Shown here: piece by piece, positions 13,801 through 27,316 of the stretch
How positions within the stretch are numbered: the first letter of the stretch is position 1
Layout of the letters: each line of letters opens with the position of its first letter
NCBI GenBank assembly: GCA_023213395.1
Contig: CM041465.1
Span: 137,957,741 to 138,021,740, forward strand
DNA length: 64,000 bases
Direction: 5' to 3'
Origin: Cycas panzhihuaensis
Lineage: Eukaryota > Plantae > Cycadophyta
The notes under the pieces: model-generated
The model's input: the letters and a program-made list of their open reading frames with translations, nothing else
Database searches by the model: none
Told to the model about the DNA's origin: nothing
Translations under genes and position numbers: made by a program

Positions 13801-15730
13801 AGGGAGATGGAGATCCCTATTAGGACTCTTCCAACCACATACCTAGGGATGCCTTTATTTATGGGAAACATGAGTAAGGATCTTTGGGACCCTATTGTGG
13901 ATAAAATCCAAAGGAAGTTGGCTAGTTAGAAGGGCTCCCTCCTTAGTCAAGAGGGCAAAATTTAGTTGGTGGTGGCCACATTGCAGAGTATTCCAGTCTA
14001 TTGATGTGAATCTTCAAGATTCTGAGAAAGATCATTTCAATCTTAGAAGGCATTTAGAAAAGATTCCTATGTTCTAGCATAGAGGATAATGACAGATTTC
14101 ACTTGGTTTCATGGGACAAGGTCTGTAGGCCTAGGTGGGTAGGCAGGCTTAAAATCAGAAGGCCGAGGAGGTTTAACAAGGCTTTGATGGCCAAATTTAG
14201 GTGGAGACTGGCGAAAAATGATGGCTCCCAATGGGGAAATATCATTACCAAAATATACCTAGGGGGTAGACACTTTTTAAAAGATGAGGTGGGGGAAGTT
14301 TTAGGTTCCTCTATTTAGAAAGCGTTGGTTCATGCGAGACACATTTTAACTAAGGGTATGAGATGGAAGTTGGGGAATGGGGAAAGCAAATTAAAGGATA
14401 GACCCTCCATTGGTAATCTGCATGGGTCTGTGAAAGTACTTTTGGCTCATTAGTTAAGGACTACTAGGTGGGTCAAGGCAAAGACAAAAAGTGGAGATCC
14501 TTTAAGGAAATACAAAGGGATCCAGGAGGGGGGGGATAATATTTAGATCCTTGAGAGGGAACTGTACCACTAGTATATTGCCAAAAGGCCATTGGATGAT
14601 GTAATAATATGGCCTCACCCCCCCTCTGGGACATACTCTGTGTAGGAGGGATATCAAATTATATGCATGGAGGAGGGGTTTGGTAAGAACCCACTACTAG
14701 TTGGGGTTTGGAAGTTGGGCCTTATTCCAAAGGTTGTGGTCTTTTGGTGGCTTTGTTTACATAATAAGATACTAACAATTGATAATCTCCATAGGCAAGG
14801 CTTAGCCATACTAAATAGATGTGTGTTGTGTAAGAATGATGAGGAGTCTTTGGATCATATTAGTATTCATTGTCCCTTCTCTAGGGGAATTTGAACCTAC
14901 ATTTGGTCCAATCTTAGGATAGACTAGGTGTTTCCTATAATCTTGTTAGATTAATGGATGTTGTAGAAATTGCCCTTTAGGAGTAAGACGTTGGGACTAA
15001 TTTGGAAACTGATTATGCCCATGGCAGTTTGGAATATCTGGAAGGAATGTAATAGAAGAATCTTCTAAGGGAAGGAGATGGATGAACCTAGGCTGTATGA
15101 AATGACTCAATGAGCGATAGTAGAAATGATTAAACCTTTGGATGAGGAAGTGGATCCGAAGGGGGAGGGAAGCATTATGGACGGTTGGGGGATTAGGAGA
15201 CCTAAGATCATAGGGGTAAAATAGAGGAAGTGTTTATGGTAGGCACCTAATGAAAACTGGGTCAAAATAAATTTTGATGGGGCATCAAAAGGCAACCCAG
15301 GTCAGGATGTTTGGGGGGGGGGAGGGGGGGGGTCCATGTAGATACCCAGATGGGTCGATAAGATAGGCCTTTGTAAAATACTATGGTCAACAGATGAATC
15401 ATAGTGCTGAACTTAATGCTATGTAGAGAGCTATAGCTATGGCTAATGAGGACAATTGTGATAAGGTAATGATAGAAGGAGACTCTCTGAATGTGATCAA
15501 GATTCTCAAGGGGGACATGGAGGTTGATTGGTATAATGTGGACATGGTGAGGGATGCTCAAGACATTTTAAGATCCAAATAGAGTACCTAGATTTGGCAT
15601 ATGTATAAGGAAGGCAACGCAGTTGTGGATTGGCTTGCCAATTCGGTGGTTTTAAATAAGAGAATGAGGGTTTAGAAAGAGAATTCCCTAGAGGAGCTTC
15701 TAAGTTTGGTTAGATTGGATGTGTTAGCCT
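10898..15730 (+). pseudogene. LINE ORF2 (endonuclease, RT, zf-RVT, RNase H), interrupted at 13100-13767
   Basis: RILS*NVRGLN start; SNHSPL; FRFELMWL; DKAPRLDGF; KIDMSKAYD; QFVDD; TYLGMPL; VSWDKVCRP; CVLCKNDEESLDHISIHCPFS; WVKINFDGASKGNPG; IEGDSLNVI; YKEGNAVVDWLAN. Confidence 0.92.
13100..13767. mobile_element. Solo LTR (668 bp) inserted in the LINE RT
   Basis: Ends TATTAAG...TCTAACA (decayed TG...CA). Perfect 5-bp TSD AACAC at 13095-13099 and 13768-13772. Removing it restores SIFFINTPKKLQRR. Confidence 0.88.
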
Positions 15731-18700
15731 AGAGTAGGGAGTGCTAGCCATTGGGCTTCTCATGGTGTAGTGAGATAGTGTGGGTTAAGTTATGCTAGGC
15801 CATGGGTATGTCATGGCCGTTTCCATAGCCGGTGGGCTACTATTGTAGAAGGTTCGGGACTTATCAAAACCCCTTCTAATTCTTTACCAAATCGAAAAGA
15901 AAAAAAAAATCTAATAGATTGATATAATGGTGAAATATGATTAGATCATAATCTAATAATATATTTATATAAGGACAATTCATATTTAAAGGAAAATTAT
16001 ATCATCTAGTTCTCCTTGTGAGGATAAGATAACTCACCATATGGATTATTAATTATTCTTTCTTAATATGAGATCTTGTATATATTTGGAGGTGGTTTTT
16101 CTCATTTATAGATTTTTTATATTAAACATAGTGTTACATATGGTGTTTGTATAATTTACTCCTTCTATTTGTCTTTATTTATTTATTATATAATTAATTA
16201 ATTATGATTATATACTCACATATATATTTTTATATAAGTCATTTAAGAAAATTTAACATATTCCCTGCACTTATAATAAGATACTCAACATCATTGTTGT
16301 AGTAATCATTTGACCCAAACTAAGTCTATGATTGAAACAATTATTTTTTTCTAATTTCCTATCATGTGATATAAGCAACTAGAATCTATAATTCAGAAAG
16401 AACATGAAGTATAAGTTGAAAAAGATGAAATATAAGCTATTGAAGTAACTTAGTTTAAGATATTAACATTTAGCATTAATAAGCATCTTTTCATTGTAAT
16501 ACTTTTTAACATGACCCTTTTCATAATAATAATGATAAATAGTATAAGCATGTGAGAGAGAAAATTGACCTAAATGCATTGCATACACTTAATTTATTTT
16601 TTATCTTTTGAAATATTGCCTTTAATATCATAGATTTTTTATTTTCTTTTTTATAAGTTTATTATACATATATTATAATTCTTCTTTTATAAACTTTTAT
16701 TATAGTATTAATGGAGATTGCATATAACAGGTAATAAGGGTTTTTAATGATGAATGTTGAAGATTAAATGTAATGATCTTACAGATCAATACTTGTAAGG
16801 AGTATTCTAGAAGAAAAAAGGCCCACTTATGTAAAGATAAGCTTATAGGACTAGTTATTTTAAGAACTCACAAAATGAAAAATAGGCCATGTTATTTATT
16901 ATAAAAGAGAAAATAAAATAAGGAGATGCTTCCTTGTCCTTGCACTTTATTTTGGTTTGTTTTTTTATTCTAATTATTGCGATATTTTTTGATTGAATTG
17001 ATGAGAGAATAAAGTTTCTCCATTGGATGGAAATTTTAAACTTTGTGATTATTTTTTTATTAAGAAAATTGAGTTTAAACGTAGTACAAAATTTTTGCCT
17101 CCTCTAATTGATAAAATTCAAATATGTTACATTAATTCCACCACTATTTCATTGCATCTAATTTACCAATAATCATGGAATCAAAGGAATTTTATAGAAT
17201 CAATTTCACATCCCTTACTTAAGGTGGGATATTCCTTAAAGAATATAACTATAATCTATGCATTGTTAATAGCTAGAAGTGAAGTTCTAACTTTTGTATA
17301 GACATGACTCTTACTGGATTTGATGGTTTCAAGATATAACACTCTAATCAAAGTTGTTATTTTTGGGTGAAGGAAATAAAGATGACAAACTATCACTCAA
17401 TTCTATTATTATGCTAAACCATAAAGATAAGGACATAAAGTTTTCTTTGGAAGGTGTTGGTACTCTATCATCTGAGGTAAAGATCTCCCATGAGGTTACA
17501 TAAATATATTAGAACAACCTTTACTAACCTAGAATTAATATTACTTAGGGTAAATTTGGACCATAATTAACATAGAGGGACCAAGAGAGGACTAAAATAA
17601 TATGCCCTTAGAAAGCTAATATTTGTGATATGCCTCATGTGGTGGTTAGGGTAAGGTCTAAGAAATTTCTAGGAGCCATGACAAATGAAGAGATATCGCC
17701 ACAAAATAAATTGCTTAGATTCTATTTGAAGTGGTTGTAAAGATGAAATGAAGGAGCTACAAATCATTCAAAGCCTCATTACACACCAAGAATCACTACA
17801 AAAGTCTAAACACTATGCCCACATAAATTAAAAGCCCAAAATTAATCAGAATGCATGCGAACATATCACAAAAACAACAGCACTAAAGTCTAAATGGTTT
17901 TTAAGGATCTAATGTATATATTTCCTTCTTAATATTTTTAGAAATTAAATCAAAATTAATAATATCTTAGAATTTGTATAGCTTTTAACCTACTAGTTGA
18001 GGATCGCATGGAGGACTAGGGGCCAAATGTAAAAAGAGATGAATACCATTTATCCACTCTTATTCAAAAATTTATACCTAATTGCACATTGTATCTCATA
18101 ACCTTAATATATGGATGTAATTTTTAAATTTACCTAATTCATTAAACTCCCTATTCAAATGGCTTTGAAATGAGTGGTTACAAGACCACATTGATTTCTA
18201 ATTTATATAAGAAAATCAACTCTAAAGTCAAACTAATTTTTTGTAAGAAATATATTTAAAGCAAAAATATTAAAATTTAATGCCATCTTGGGAATAAAAG
18301 GCCAAAATTAGTGAGTTTAATATTATCACCCTTCACTTGTTGGTGTTTGAAGTAAAGTCATATAAAATACTAAAACTTAAGTAAAAAATGCTAAGTTAAA
18401 TGTTTTCTAGTACCTTGCTAGGTGATTGATAACTTATTAAATGATGTTGTTGAATGTTGAGACATGTAAGTCCTTAAAAGATATTATAGTAAATTAGTTA
18501 AATGTTAATGCAAAAATATATAACAAAATGAGGAAAATTAATATCAAGTAGGAGTTATATAAAGATAACTAAAGAAACAATTAATGAGTGAAGGGCATGG
18601 TCATGATAATGATAACAACAACAAATAATAGAAAGGAATAACAAAAGATAAATATCTTTTATATATTTCCTTTTTTATTTGAGTATGGTTATCTGGTTAG

Positions 18701-19285
18701 ACACTTTTTTTGGCTATAAGAACCTTCCTTGGATGCATGAGTATGATGTGTGGGAGTGTGTTGAATGAAATTATGCTATGTAATAACTTAAGAGCTAAGA
18801 ATACCTAAGGGCTATTGTGTTAAATGATTTGTAGAAAAATAATATCTTAATGTATTGGCTTTATAGCACCTAAGGTAAAAATAAAATTATTATGCTTGTC
18901 TAGTTGTTATAACTCTTATTATTAGGACCACATGTGAGAGTCATGTGATTGTACCCTATTTGGTAGGATAATTAACTCATTACGAGAGCCTTGTTAAAGG
19001 TTTGATGTCTTGAAATATTTTTAGAATATATGAAACTTGATGAAATAAGCCTTCTCATGAAGATTATGATTGGCTTGGTGTGGAGTCATAGTAGAAATAA
19101 GGAAGTGGAAAAGAGCATAAGTTTGGTTAGTTAGGTAGTTTGAGATGCCACTAATATTTGTGTTTTGATACCACACAGTTATTATATACGATAACCCACA
19201 TATCTGGAAGGGTTCCATGGGTAATTTACACTAATTTGATACAAAGAGAATAAGAAAGATATGAAATATGCAACCAATAGATTTT

Positions 19286-20232
19286 TGTTATTGATTTGTT
19301 TACCAAAAATTATCAAAAGGGACACTTGAAAGGATACCAAAAGATCACCAATTCATATAATAGTACATCATTACAAATGAACTCTAAATATAACCTTACT
19401 ATATAAATATTGGGCTTTAAATAGGTAAGAATGGCCCTTTCTCATAGAATTATATCGGTAGGAAGAACGACCCTTATTCCTATTGGAGGACATAAGTAGC
19501 CCATGTACATAAGTTCATAGGAAGTTCTAATCATCATGCACCTTGGTCACATGAATTAATAACCCAATTTTGCTAGTGGCAGGTGATTATATAATAGGTC
19601 CCCCCCTCTTAGATGTTGAGTCCTTGAAGCTTATAAGATGAGTGTACTACTTTAAACAATTATTGGACTCTCATGTCGCTTCCTTTAGATCACATTCATG
19701 CCATTACACAAACTTCTTAGAGATGGTTTGGTTTCAAAGGTGGCATTGATGGTTGGTAATGATACAGTTAGGGGGAACTATGAGTAGTTGCTTATCATTG
19801 AGGATGGGAAGGTTGATTTAGAGGATACTATTCTTTCCAAGGCTTTTTTAAAGGTGAGAGGCATGGAATACATTGTGGATCTTTATATTTAACGAGTGTT
19901 CAAGTGCATAGACAACTTAACCAATCCTTTTATAGAAATTCACATAGAACATAATAACATAGGCTTAGCTTGTGGCCTTTGTGGCACTTGAGAGATTGAT
20001 ATTTATATCATTGGAGATACAAGAATGCTAAGTCATCAATGGAGAAATAGCGATCAGAACATGGGTAGACAACAAGTTGCTTTATATAATTCTGGGCATT
20101 CACTAAGTTTTGTTTAAGATTGTATAGGATTTAGTCCATCTTTTGGAGTTTTTACTAGACAAAAGTAATTCTAAGGTTAATGGCTAGAGTGTTGTGGGAC
20201 ACTAGATGGTACCCATTAAGAGCCATGAATAA
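19286..20232 (-). mobile_element. 3' end (integrase tail, PPT, 3' LTR) of an old gypsy element; continues at 26640-27316
   Basis: Minus-strand GGACTCAACATCTAAGAGGGGGGGACCTATTATATAAT resembles the 3' junction of the inserted element at 26213-26250. Confidence 0.6.
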
Positions 20233-20615
20233 TGTTATATAACCACTTATAACTAGAAAAACATGGATATTTATATATATGACCAAGATAGGTGAAGGTT
20301 AATATCAATTACTAAAATGTGTGCATGGGTAATATGGGTCCACCAATAGAAGTAAAGGTTAATTGCTCTACAAATAGAATTCCATGAGAAGTGGCCACTT
20401 TTTCCTACTTAAGGCTATATGTTTGTAAAGGAAAAGTTATGCCTTAAGATTATTTTAATATTATACATTTATATAACTTTAGTTTTCCTTTTGGTATACT
20501 TGTAAATGTTCATTCTTGTAATCATTTGTGCTTAAGCAATAAATTGAGATTTTTGCTTCATATTTTTCTCTCTCTTATTAAATATTAGTACAAATTATTG
20601 GTTGTAACCATTACA
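20233..20615 (+). repeat. 5' LTR
   Basis: TGTTATAT...CATTACA; a strongly diverged direct repeat of 26240-26634. Confidence 0.85.
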
Positions 20616-23600
20616 AGTGGTGCTAACATTATGTTTGTGGATCTATTTGAAGCAACAAGGCATGGTCAAGAAGAAGCAAATTAATAAGTATAGCATAAAA
20701 GTGAAAACTTTTTCTCCCATGGTGAAATCTTTTAGACCCTCTATTCATTAATACTTTTTGTTTTGTAATTATATTCTATAATAATTTTGTAAGTCCTATA
20801 AATTAGTTGTAAGTGAGTAATAAACCCTTCCTTCCTTTTCCTTAGAGGTTAGGTAGAGACAATGTCTTGGGGTTTATAAACATCATAGGGAACTATTATT
20901 CTTGGCCTAACATAAGTAGGTATACATCCATATATAAAGCAAAGTAGATTACACTGCTTACATAGGCCTTGAATAGTACCTACCTATAAAAATGAGCCTC
21001 TACATACCTTTAATTATATCATAGAAACCTTTTAGGTTCCTCTTCCTTACCTAGCAATAGGTAAATTATCAACTGCATATTGTCTATAGTGCACTAGTTA
21101 GCGGTTAGCATCAAAACGTTACCATTTTCAAACACCTTTGCACTACTCTTGTGACTATAGAAATAAATATTCTTTTATAGTTAATACCCTGAGATAATAG
21201 GTTGAGTGTTAGCACTGATAAAGATGTTTATCAAAGGGCCCATACACTAGGTAAACATGTGCTAAAGTCCAGTAGAATACCAAGTGCATACAATTGTTGA
21301 GACTATTATGCTTCCTCAATATTGTTGTATTACCAAAATTGCTATACTTCTATGATATGACTATATCACTAAAATTACTAGGAAAATATAAATCTACCTC
21401 AATAAATTCTCTACCATTAGTAATATAATAATGTAAGACTACATTAACAACATAATAACTTAATAGCTTAATACTAACTTATAGTAGAAGGTAAGGTATT
21501 TGCTTATAATACAACATAAATCATAACACCAAAGAATTTATAGGCTTCTCTTAACCAAACCTTCAGGTCTTCTACCTATCTAAATATTTAGTTCAAAGTA
21601 CATTGTCTAAAAGAAAGGGAAAAAAATACATAAAGAGCCTTCGTAGGGTCACATTTAGAAATATTTCTTTGTTTTAGATAAAACCTACACCATTAGACTT
21701 AGTGTAAAAATTCTGAAAACAAAAAGAAAAAAATATCCATAATTCTAAATTAACCTTAGCTATTTATCCATATTATTTCGATTAATGTGTCATGTTGAGC
21801 ATTTTACACTAGGTTAATTTTAATCAATTTTTTGAGTTAAGAGTATATAGGTACCCCATGGATCCCACATTCCAAATTCTCCATTTAGAACTCACATACC
21901 TTATTTCGATGAGCTTTTTGTGTTTATTCTATTATACTTGTTAAATTTACTACACATTTTTTGTCCAACAAGTTATATACACCCCACCTCACTCCCTTCC
22001 TCTCTACATTACTTCTTGATTCTTTAGGGCCCATTCTTTCTATCTTGTCATCAATTCGTTTATCTTGTTATGTCTTTCTAATCCTTTATCAAAATCCTTT
22101 CTCCTTTAATAATATGTATTTATCCCCATGATAGCTCCCATTTAGGTAGATCATATATTAACATTGGAAACCCAACTCATTAGTATACAAGATACCTAGA
22201 AAGGCGGCATGGTTAAGATAATAATGGATATGGCAAACTTTGTCACCTAAATAGACTTTACAAGGATGATGAAGGAAATAGCAAATTTGAATGCTCAAAT
22301 GTCCAACTTCACTTTCACATCTAACTCCACTGCCAATTCACATGGTGATACTCCTTTGCCTTGTTAATAGATTCCTCCTCCCCCACCATCTGCTAATAAT
22401 CATTTAACCACATTTTTAACATATTAATCTTTGATATAGTCCTTAATAAAGAATCTACACATAATTAGAATTGCAAGTTAGATTCTTACTTTTCTCTCAA
22501 TCCTATGTCTTAAGTTGAGTAATTGATGTTTGCATCCATCCTTATGTAGGGTAAGGCATATCATTGTTTCTAGTGATGGAAATGTGAATACCCAATCAAT
22601 CATATATGGGATTAATTTTATAAGAGTTTCTTTGAACAATATAAGGGGACTTGGAATCAATCCTTCTTTAATTAACCCACTTGGCTAAAGTAGAAAACAT
22701 CTATGGAAGTTTATACTAATGAGTTTTAGGCTATTTAAAATAGAGTCAACCAACCTTTATACAAAGAAATGTACTCCAGGTCATAATAGAATTTGTAAAG
22801 TAGAACACGTGGTGTGCAACATTGGCCCTATAATATCTTTTGAGGAAGATTCTAACTCCTACAATTAACTTGAAGAAGAACAACCTTTGGAAGTTCCCCC
22901 ACACCCTAAAACTAAAGTATCCCCATCTACTATTACCTCTACCTCTTGCTTGGAAGCACTCTAAGGTAAAGGCACTTTAAGGAAGACCTCTATCACCATT
23001 TTGATCAATAGTGATGCATTGCTAAACTTCATCGATATCTCATTACCTAAATAACTTAATTTGTACATAGTGGTAAAAACTAGTTTCATCTATTCCTTGC
23101 TTGGCTATCACACACTCCATTATGTTGGTACTATAAAAAACTTACACATCCACATTGGTACATACCATTTATTTATGGACATCTATACTCTATCCATAAG
23201 AGGATTTGATACTATCCTTGGAGTCTAATGGCTTCAAAACTTGGGCACATATATCACTAACAATTGCCCCAATAACCCTTTCTTTTTATTTAAAGACCAA
23301 TTTGGCCAAACTCACAAACTACATGGTCTCCAATTACCCTCAAAACAATCTCATTTTGCCTAAATAAATAAGCAAGAAATTAAACAATAGTCCAAGATAT
23401 ATAGTATGTCTCAATAATATTTTGTCCCAAATAAACACTCACTTAGATAACCAAAACATCCCCACTAAATATTACGCAGTTTTTGTCCCTCTTTATAGCA
23501 ATGCCCCCTAGATAATAAATTTCATCATATCATTGAACTCTAAAACCTACACAACCCTATTAACTTACACCCTCATTGAAATTTATATTTTCAAAAAAAA

Positions 23601-26239
23601 AAACCAAACATATTACTAATGAACTTATGCATATGGGATAACACAACCTAGAAAGAGCCTTTACCTAACCCCCATTATCCTCATATAGAAAATAGATGGC
23701 TCTTTTTAACTTTGTATTGATTATCATGAACTTAACAAGCTTACTATAAAAAATAAAATTTCAACCCCACTAATTGATGATATATTGGATGAAATTAATA
23801 GGGCAAATAATTTCTCAAAATTAGATCTATAATCAAGATATTATCAAATTCTCATTGCTCCTAAGGATAAACATAAGACAACCTTCCAAATACATCATGG
23901 CCATTTTGAGTTATAGGTCACGCTATTTAGCCTATGTAATGCTTCAACTACATTTCAAGCCTTAATAAATAAGACATTTACTTGATACCTTTTAAAATTT
24001 ATTATTATCTTATTTGATGATATATTCATGTATAGCCCTAATATGTTTTTACATCTCTAACATTTAGAAATTACTCTTTAGATGCTCACTAAAATCAATT
24101 TTATGCTAAAATATCTAAGTGTGAATTTGGGAAAACTAAACTATAATGCTTGGGCTATATCATTTGCTTAGAGGGTATCCACATCAATCTTGATAAAATT
24201 TTAGTCATCAAAATTTAGCCCACCTCAAAAAATCTCATATAATTATGTGCTTTTCTTGGGCTAACGGGATTCTATCATCAATTAGTCAAAAACTATACTT
24301 CCATCACAACCCCCTTAACTAATATGCTTTGTAAAGACACCTTTCAATGGTTACTAAGTACTAATGATGCCTTTAATCATCTAAAGATGCTTATATTGGC
24401 CACTCTAGTCCTTGCTACTCCCAACTTTTCTTAAATATTTCTACTTGAATGTGATACTTCAGGAGTTAGATTATGAGTTATCCTCATGTAGGACTCCTAT
24501 CTAATTATGTTTAAAAGCCAAAAATTCAAAGATCATGTGTGTTAGCTATTAACCTACTAAAAAGAAATTAAGTCTATTTTACACACTATATACAACTGTC
24601 ATCAATATCTGCTTGGGTCTAAATTTACCATTCTAATAGACCATCAAAGCCTCTATCATCTTTTAGACCAACCTATTGATTGCTTACAAGTATTTAATTT
24701 CATAATTTTTTATAAAAAAGAAAAGGATAATATTTTTATAGATGCCCTCTCTCGCTTACTACCTAAATCCATAATCCAGGCCATCTCCATACTGCCACCC
24801 TCATGGTTATAAGAATTGGCATATGATAACCAAGCCCAACCTAATTGTGCCCTTTGGACAAATAAAGTCAAAGCCTGTTAGGATTAGACCCTACATAATA
24901 ACCATCTCCTCTAACAAAATTATATTTATATTTATCCAACATCCTCCTTCACCCCTTATATCTTATCAAAATATCATGCTAGCCCCTTATGAGGTCATTT
25001 GAGGTCTGACAAAACCTATCATTGTACTCAATCAGATTTTTGTTAAGTGTATATAATGTCATCTCTCCTCACCTCTATATTAGAATGTGATACTTACCAA
25101 TGTAACAAGGTAGGCACCAAGGCCCAACTAGAACTTCTCTAAAAACTTCATATTCCTTAAGGAAAATGGTAGGACATAGCCCTAGACTTCATTATTGGCA
25201 TTTCATCATTTGTTGGGTTTAATTCTATTTATGTAATCATTGATTGATTAACTAAATATGCATATTTCCTACTAGTGCATGCAACCTAGAAAGCTCCCTA
25301 CCTAGCTAACTTGTACAACTAATCTATCTTATACCTTCATGGATTTCTATCTATAATAGTATTTGATGGAGACCCTCAATTCATTAGTTTATTTTGGTAA
25401 TGAATCTTCTATACATTAGGAACTTCCTTTAATATACATTCCTCATATTGTTAATAAACAAACAATTACTCCAAAGTTCTTAATAAAACCTTGGAAATAT
25501 ACTTACTATGCTTTGCCCTAGAACATACAAATAAGTGGACCTCTTGGTTAGCTTTAGTGGAATATTGGTATAATTCATCCCACCACTCCGCTATTGGTAT
25601 GCCCTGCTTTATGGTCCTCTATAGCTACCTATCACCATCTCCCTATACATTGGCCACTAACCTTTGAACTACCATGGTTCAACAAAAATTATAAAACATG
25701 GATCAAGTCTCCCACACTCTTAAATAAAACCTAGCCTTTGCTCGAAATCACATGAAGTAGTTAGTTAATTACTGCCATTCTGATCAATTATTTTCTATTA
25801 GTGGCTTAGTCTTCATTTGTCTCTAGGCTTATAAGCAATAATCCCTCTATAATAATAAAAACCATAAGCTTAGTTCTCAATATTATGGTCCTTATAAGGT
25901 TATTCAATGCTTTGGTGAAGTTCCCTATTCCCTGAAACTTCTCTGTGATACCAAAATCCATAATGTCTCCAATGTTTCCTATCTTAAAAAGTACTTCAGA
26001 AAGATCATTATCCCTTAAACTACTCTCTCAATTCTTAATGAGGAATAACTCCTCATAGTTTCTCTAGAATACATATTAAATAGTTATCAATACCATCTCT
26101 AAAATAAGATTATCTTTGAGTATCTGATGTAATGGGCTATCTATGAACGAGAAGAGTCAATGTAGGAATTAACTAAATTTGTCAAACATTGTCCACATAT
26201 TCAATACTTTAGAGACTCAATATCTCAAGGGAGAGGACT

Positions 26240-26634
26240 TATTATATAATTGCTTATAGTTAGAAAAACATGGATATCTATACATATGATCAAGATAGGT
26301 GAAGGTTAATGTTAACTATTAAAATGTGTGTATGGATCACATAGGTCCATCAATAGAATTAAAGGTTGATGGCCCTACCAATAAGATTCCATAGGGAGAA
26401 ACCACATTTGCCTATTTAATGCTAGATGTTTATAAAGGTAAAGTTATGTCTAAATATTATTATGATATCATACCTTATTATGACCTTGATTTTCCTTTGA
26501 ATATACTTATAAGTATTCATTCCTGTAATCATTGGTTCTTAAGCAATAAATCAAGTCTTTAGTTATATATTTGTATCTCTCTTGTACTCTCTCTTGCTAA
26601 ATATTTGCATAAATTATTTCTTAGAACCATTCCA
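26240..26634 (+). repeat. 3' LTR
   Basis: Follows the PPT and ends CCATTCCA before the TSD. Confidence 0.85.
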
Positions 26635-26639
26635 AATAG

Positions 26640-27316
26640 GAATATATCTATGGTCAAATGATGTGATGAGTTTTACCTATATTCATCAACAGATATCCAC
26701 GAAGTCCACTTAGCTTGATGATTAGAAGCAAAACATTGTACATAAGTTTCTAATGTTTTATTTAATACTGTTGATTGGTGATCATTTTATAAATAGTGGG
26801 CCTTACTCATGTTAAATGAGTCTCTTGATACTCCAAAGAGTTCTTGCTAAAAAGATCTAGTGAATTTAGTATCTAGATCATAAATAATAATAGAGGGAAA
26901 CCCATGTAGGTGAAATATGGATTAGATGTATGGATCTATAAGATAAGATGCCTTATATGAAGTGTGCATTAGAATGAAATGGGTATACTTAATTAGCTTA
27001 TCGATGATGATTGAGATTAGGTCAAATCTAATAGAGATTAATAGACCTATGAATAATTCCATGACTATGTCTTACTAATTTTCCTAGAGAATGTATAAAC
27101 ACTGGATAAGACCTAACAGATCTTTAGTCTCCACCTTATTTTTTTAACAAGTGACATACTCAAACATAAAGATAAGGATGTTGGACTTCATAAGAAATCA
27201 AAAGAAGTTTGCACAAATATGGAAGTATGTCTTATAAAATATAAAATATCTAGTTATAAGAGTGGAATGGTATTTAGATAAGATGTGAGGGATGAAGGAG
27301 GTGGTGGGTTGGATAC
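26640..27316 (-). pseudogene. Decayed gypsy integrase of the older host element
   Basis: Minus-strand translation VLNKTLETYVQCFASNHQAKWTSWI...NSSHH and PTTSFIPHILSKYHS; homologous to 24940-25600. Confidence 0.75.

Larger units (their letters stand above)
9430..15909 (+). mobile_element. L1-clade LINE with C-terminal RNase H, near full length, decayed
   Basis: ORF1, then ORF2 with endonuclease, RT, zf-RVT and RNase H; A-rich tail at about 15895-15909. Confidence 0.93.
20233..26634 (+). mobile_element. Full-length, very old chromovirus-type Ty3/gypsy element
   Basis: LTRs at 20233-20615 and 26240-26634; TSD AATAA/AATAG; PBS-like TGGTGCT at 20618; PPT AAGGGAGAGGA. Decayed protease (about 22950-23250), RT (23560-24200, LFDDIF), RNase H (LECDTSG), integrase (24970-25650) and chromodomain-like tail (26070-26200). 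Confidence 0.88.

Noticed and set aside
15910-19285. AT-rich stretch as a possible gene or DNA transposon
   Set aside because: No supportable ORF, terminal repeats or TSD recognised.
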